64,000 bases of DNA from an uncultured Prevotella sp. (lineage in GTDB: Bacteria; Bacteroidota; Bacteroidia; Bacteroidales; Bacteroidaceae): positions 13,802 through 77,801 of the forward strand of contig CAZBQA010000008.1 of assembly GCA_964493905.1 (NCBI GenBank), given 5' to 3'. The position numbers were made by a program, and so were the translations under genes. Positions 62,117-64,000 of this stretch are shown here, in pieces. Each line of letters starts with the position of its first letter. Position 1 is the first letter of the stretch. Below the pieces are notes generated by a model. The model was not told where the DNA came from. It searched no databases and worked only from the letters and a program-made list of their open reading frames with translations.

Positions 62117-63411
62117 CCAGGTGGCGATGCGGCCGCCCACAAGACAGACGGCCCATAAGACGCAGGCTCGCCGTGGCACTACTGGCCGTCGCCGCTGCCC
62201 TGCCCTGCGGCGCAGAGCAGCCCGACAGCTTGGCACAGCCCCCCGTGGCCATGACCGACAGCCTTGGCAGCGGTCATCTGCTCGACCGATGGTCTGAGAC
62301 CCCGCTCTTCCAAAAGACCCATATCGGCCTGCCCCTCATTGCCGGCGGACTGATTGTCATGCACGAAGACCGTAAGTTCCGCAAGCTGCGCAACGACTTC
62401 ATGCCCCAATACCACCGGCCCTTCGACAACTACATCCAGTATGTACCGGCGGCCGTGATGTATGGCATGAAGGCGGCCGGGGTGAAGAGCCGCAGCTCTT
62501 GGAGCCGCATGCTGGCGAGCCAGGCCTTCGCGGCGGCCCTGATGGTCACCACGGTGCAAGGCCTGAAACACACCACCAGCGTCAGTCGCCCCGACGGGTC
62601 TGACACCCACAGCTTCCCCTCGGGACACACCGCCATGGCCTTCATGACGGCGACCATGCTCAGCAAGGAGTATGGCTACAAGAGCCCCTGGGTGAGCATT
62701 GGGGCCTACGGACTGGCAGCCACCACGGGACTGATGCGCGTGGCCAACAACAAACACTGGCTGAGCGACGTGATGGTGGGTGCCGGCGTGGGCATCCTCA
62801 CCACCGAGATGGGCTACTGGCTGGCCGACCTGCTCTTCAAAGACAAGGGCCTCGTGGTGCCCGACCCCGCCCTGACCCATGCCGCGAGCTACGGCCGCAA
62901 CCCATCGTTCGTAGCACTATATGCCGGGTTCAACCTGCCACTGAGCCATTACGACATCGACGAGCAGACCTCCTTCAAGACCTCCACCGGCACCACCCTG
63001 GGCCTGGAGGGCGCCGGCTTCTTCAATGCCTACATCGGACTAGGCGGGCGTGCCACCATCTCCAACCTTCAGTATATCTTCAACGATACTGAGGCTCCCG
63101 ACAACACCTGCAAATTCTACATGGCAGCCATTGGCCCCTACTTCTCGCTGCCCCTCACCCACCGCTGGCGCGTGGGCAGCAAGCTGCTGGCCGGCGGCGT
63201 GTGGTATCCCGAAACCCAGATCGGCACACTGACCGTGGGCAAGAACCACGGACTCGCCGCAGGCACAGGCCTCAACATCGACTACCGGGCACGCGAGCAC
63301 TTGGTGGGCAGCCTCTTTCTCGACTACAACATCCTGGCGCCCCACAGCAGATTCTCGGGCGAATACATCCACACCATGACGCTGGGCGCCAAGGTGGCCA
63401 TGCAACTGTGA
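62110..63411 (+). CDS. PAP2 family phosphatase with a beta-rich C-terminal extension of about 190 aa
   Basis: The PAP2 motifs are KHTTSVSRPDG, PSGH and RVANNKHWLSDV. The C-terminal half shows alternating hydrophobic beta-like patterns. Confidence 0.82.
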   Translation: MVTRWRCGRPQDRRPIRRRLAVALLAVAAALPCGAEQPDSLAQPPVAMTDSLGSGHLLDRWSETPLFQKTHIGLPLIAGGLIVMHEDRKFRKLRNDFMPQYHRPFDNYIQYVPAAVMYGMKAAGVKSRSSWSRMLASQAFAAALMVTTVQGLKHTTSVSRPDGSDTHSFPSGHTAMAFMTATMLSKEYGYKSPWVSIGAYGLAATTGLMRVANNKHWLSDVMVGAGVGILTTEMGYWLADLLFKDKGLVVPDPALTHAASYGRNPSFVALYAGFNLPLSHYDIDEQTSFKTSTGTTLGLEGAGFFNAYIGLGGRATISNLQYIFNDTEAPDNTCKFYMAAIGPYFSLPLTHRWRVGSKLLAGGVWYPETQIGTLTVGKNHGLAAGTGLNIDYRAREHLVGSLFLDYNILAPHSRFSGEYIHTMTLGAKVAMQL

Positions 63412-63521
63412 GGCGTACCCCACGCATCACCCATCATCATCCTCAGCAACGGCCGTTACACCGTCCAGCCATCCCCGTTCCACCGTTCAACCATCATCGT
63501 CTTTGCCTCATCGGTGCATGG

Positions 63522-63631
63522 TTCGGGTCGAGGCACAGCCTGTTTCGAGTAGAAGCAGACCGTACTTCGAGTCGAACCACAGGCTGTTTCAAGTCGAAGC
63601 ATAACCTTGTTCGACTCGAAACACACCGCCT
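63522..63631. repeat. Tandem array of five 22-bp units of the TTCGANTCGAA family (locus 3 of 3)
   Basis: The units are TTCGGGTCGAGGCACAGCCTGT, TTCGAGTAGAAGCAGACCGTAC, TTCGAGTCGAACCACAGGCTGT, TTCAAGTCGAAGCATAACCTTG and TTCGACTCGAAACACACCGCCT. Confidence 0.8.
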
Positions 63632-63743
63632 ATGGGGTGGCGACGACGCGCCTCCACGGGCCACAGGCCGCACCTCAGCTGGCTTTGGGCACCAGCAGAA
63701 AGACAGGTTGTAAAAGGGGTTGGGTAAATAAAAGAAGAATTGT

Positions 63744-64000
63744 TCAGCGCTTACCCTTCATCCAGGCTTTCACCCTGCGATAGCCCTCCACCCCCAGGAT
63801 GGTGAGGCCGCCATACTGGCAGGTCTTGGCCAAGCCGAAGAGCACCACCCACAACACGCCTTTGGCACCTACCGAGAGATAACGCTCGGGCAGGCCCATC
63901 TGGGCAAACGAAAGTATATAGAACGGCACACACATGGCCAGCACCACCACTCCTGTTCGGAACGACAGTCCCTGAAGCCACTGCTTGACCTTGAAAAAAA
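63744..64000 (-). CDS. C-terminal part of a membrane protein (gene runs off the right edge), function unknown
   Basis: The minus-strand frame stays open from base 64000 (...FKVKQWLQGLSFRTGVVVLAMCVPFYILSFAQMGLPERYLSVGAKGVLWVVLFGLAK...KGKR) to the stop at 63744. Confidence 0.6.
   Translation of the reverse strand, partial: FFKVKQWLQGLSFRTGVVVLAMCVPFYILSFAQMGLPERYLSVGAKGVLWVVLFGLAKTCQYGGLTILGVEGYRRVKAWMKGKR

Noticed and set aside
1-64000. A search for defence systems, toxin-antitoxin pairs, prophage or integrative-element genes, IS transposases, reverse transcriptases and CRISPR-Cas.
   Set aside because: No ORF shows nuclease/helicase/ATPase defence-type combinations, integrase, recombinase or transposase motifs, RT motifs or cas-like proteins. 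The window is dominated by conserved housekeeping operons. Only the remnant-like low-GC insert and the non-coding repeats hint at mobility.

Overview
This is a 64-kb chromosomal segment from a high-GC Bacteroidales genome, probably Prevotellaceae-like. Hand counts of 60-nt lines give about 55-62% GC in most genes. The taxonomic call rests on TAnnTTTG -7 promoter boxes in front of most operons, T9SS C-terminal sorting domains, and ileS-dksA-lspA-DUF4296 synteny. I call 55 protein-coding genes (2 run off the window edges), two tandem tRNA-Asp(GTC) genes, several intrinsic terminators and many -7 promoter boxes.

The content is mostly housekeeping:
- Translation and RNA modification: ileS, smpB, tsaD, rsmG, map, engB, ABC-F.
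- Recombination: recR, ruvC.
- Cofactor and amino-acid metabolism: metH, nadC, cdd.
- Galacturonate/pectin use: uxaA, kdgK, eda, a LacI regulator, and a 1135-aa secreted CE8 pectinesterase plus PL1 pectate lyase fusion.
- Other glycan enzymes: GH84 and GHL10.

I found no CRISPR array, transposase, integrase, prophage genes or recognisable defence or toxin-antitoxin system.

The signals not explained by ordinary genes are:
1. A family of 22-bp doubly palindromic tandem arrays at three intergenic loci.
2. A 199-bp MITE-like element with perfect 21-bp terminal inverted repeats, plus a decayed second copy that forms the leader of an OmpA-family gene.
3. A low-GC (about 45%) insert of about 3 kb next to the tRNA-Asp pair. 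It encodes an AraC regulator, a LamG-like/OmpA protein and a secreted coiled-coil protein, and is bracketed by an 11-nt direct repeat.
4. A group-3-like sigma-70 paralog co-transcribed with a 67-aa acidic protein.
5. A PAP2 phosphatase with a beta-rich C-terminal extension.

None of these can be proven to be a new system from sequence alone, and the interest scores reflect that. The many long ORFs antisense to real genes are high-GC artefacts and were rejected.
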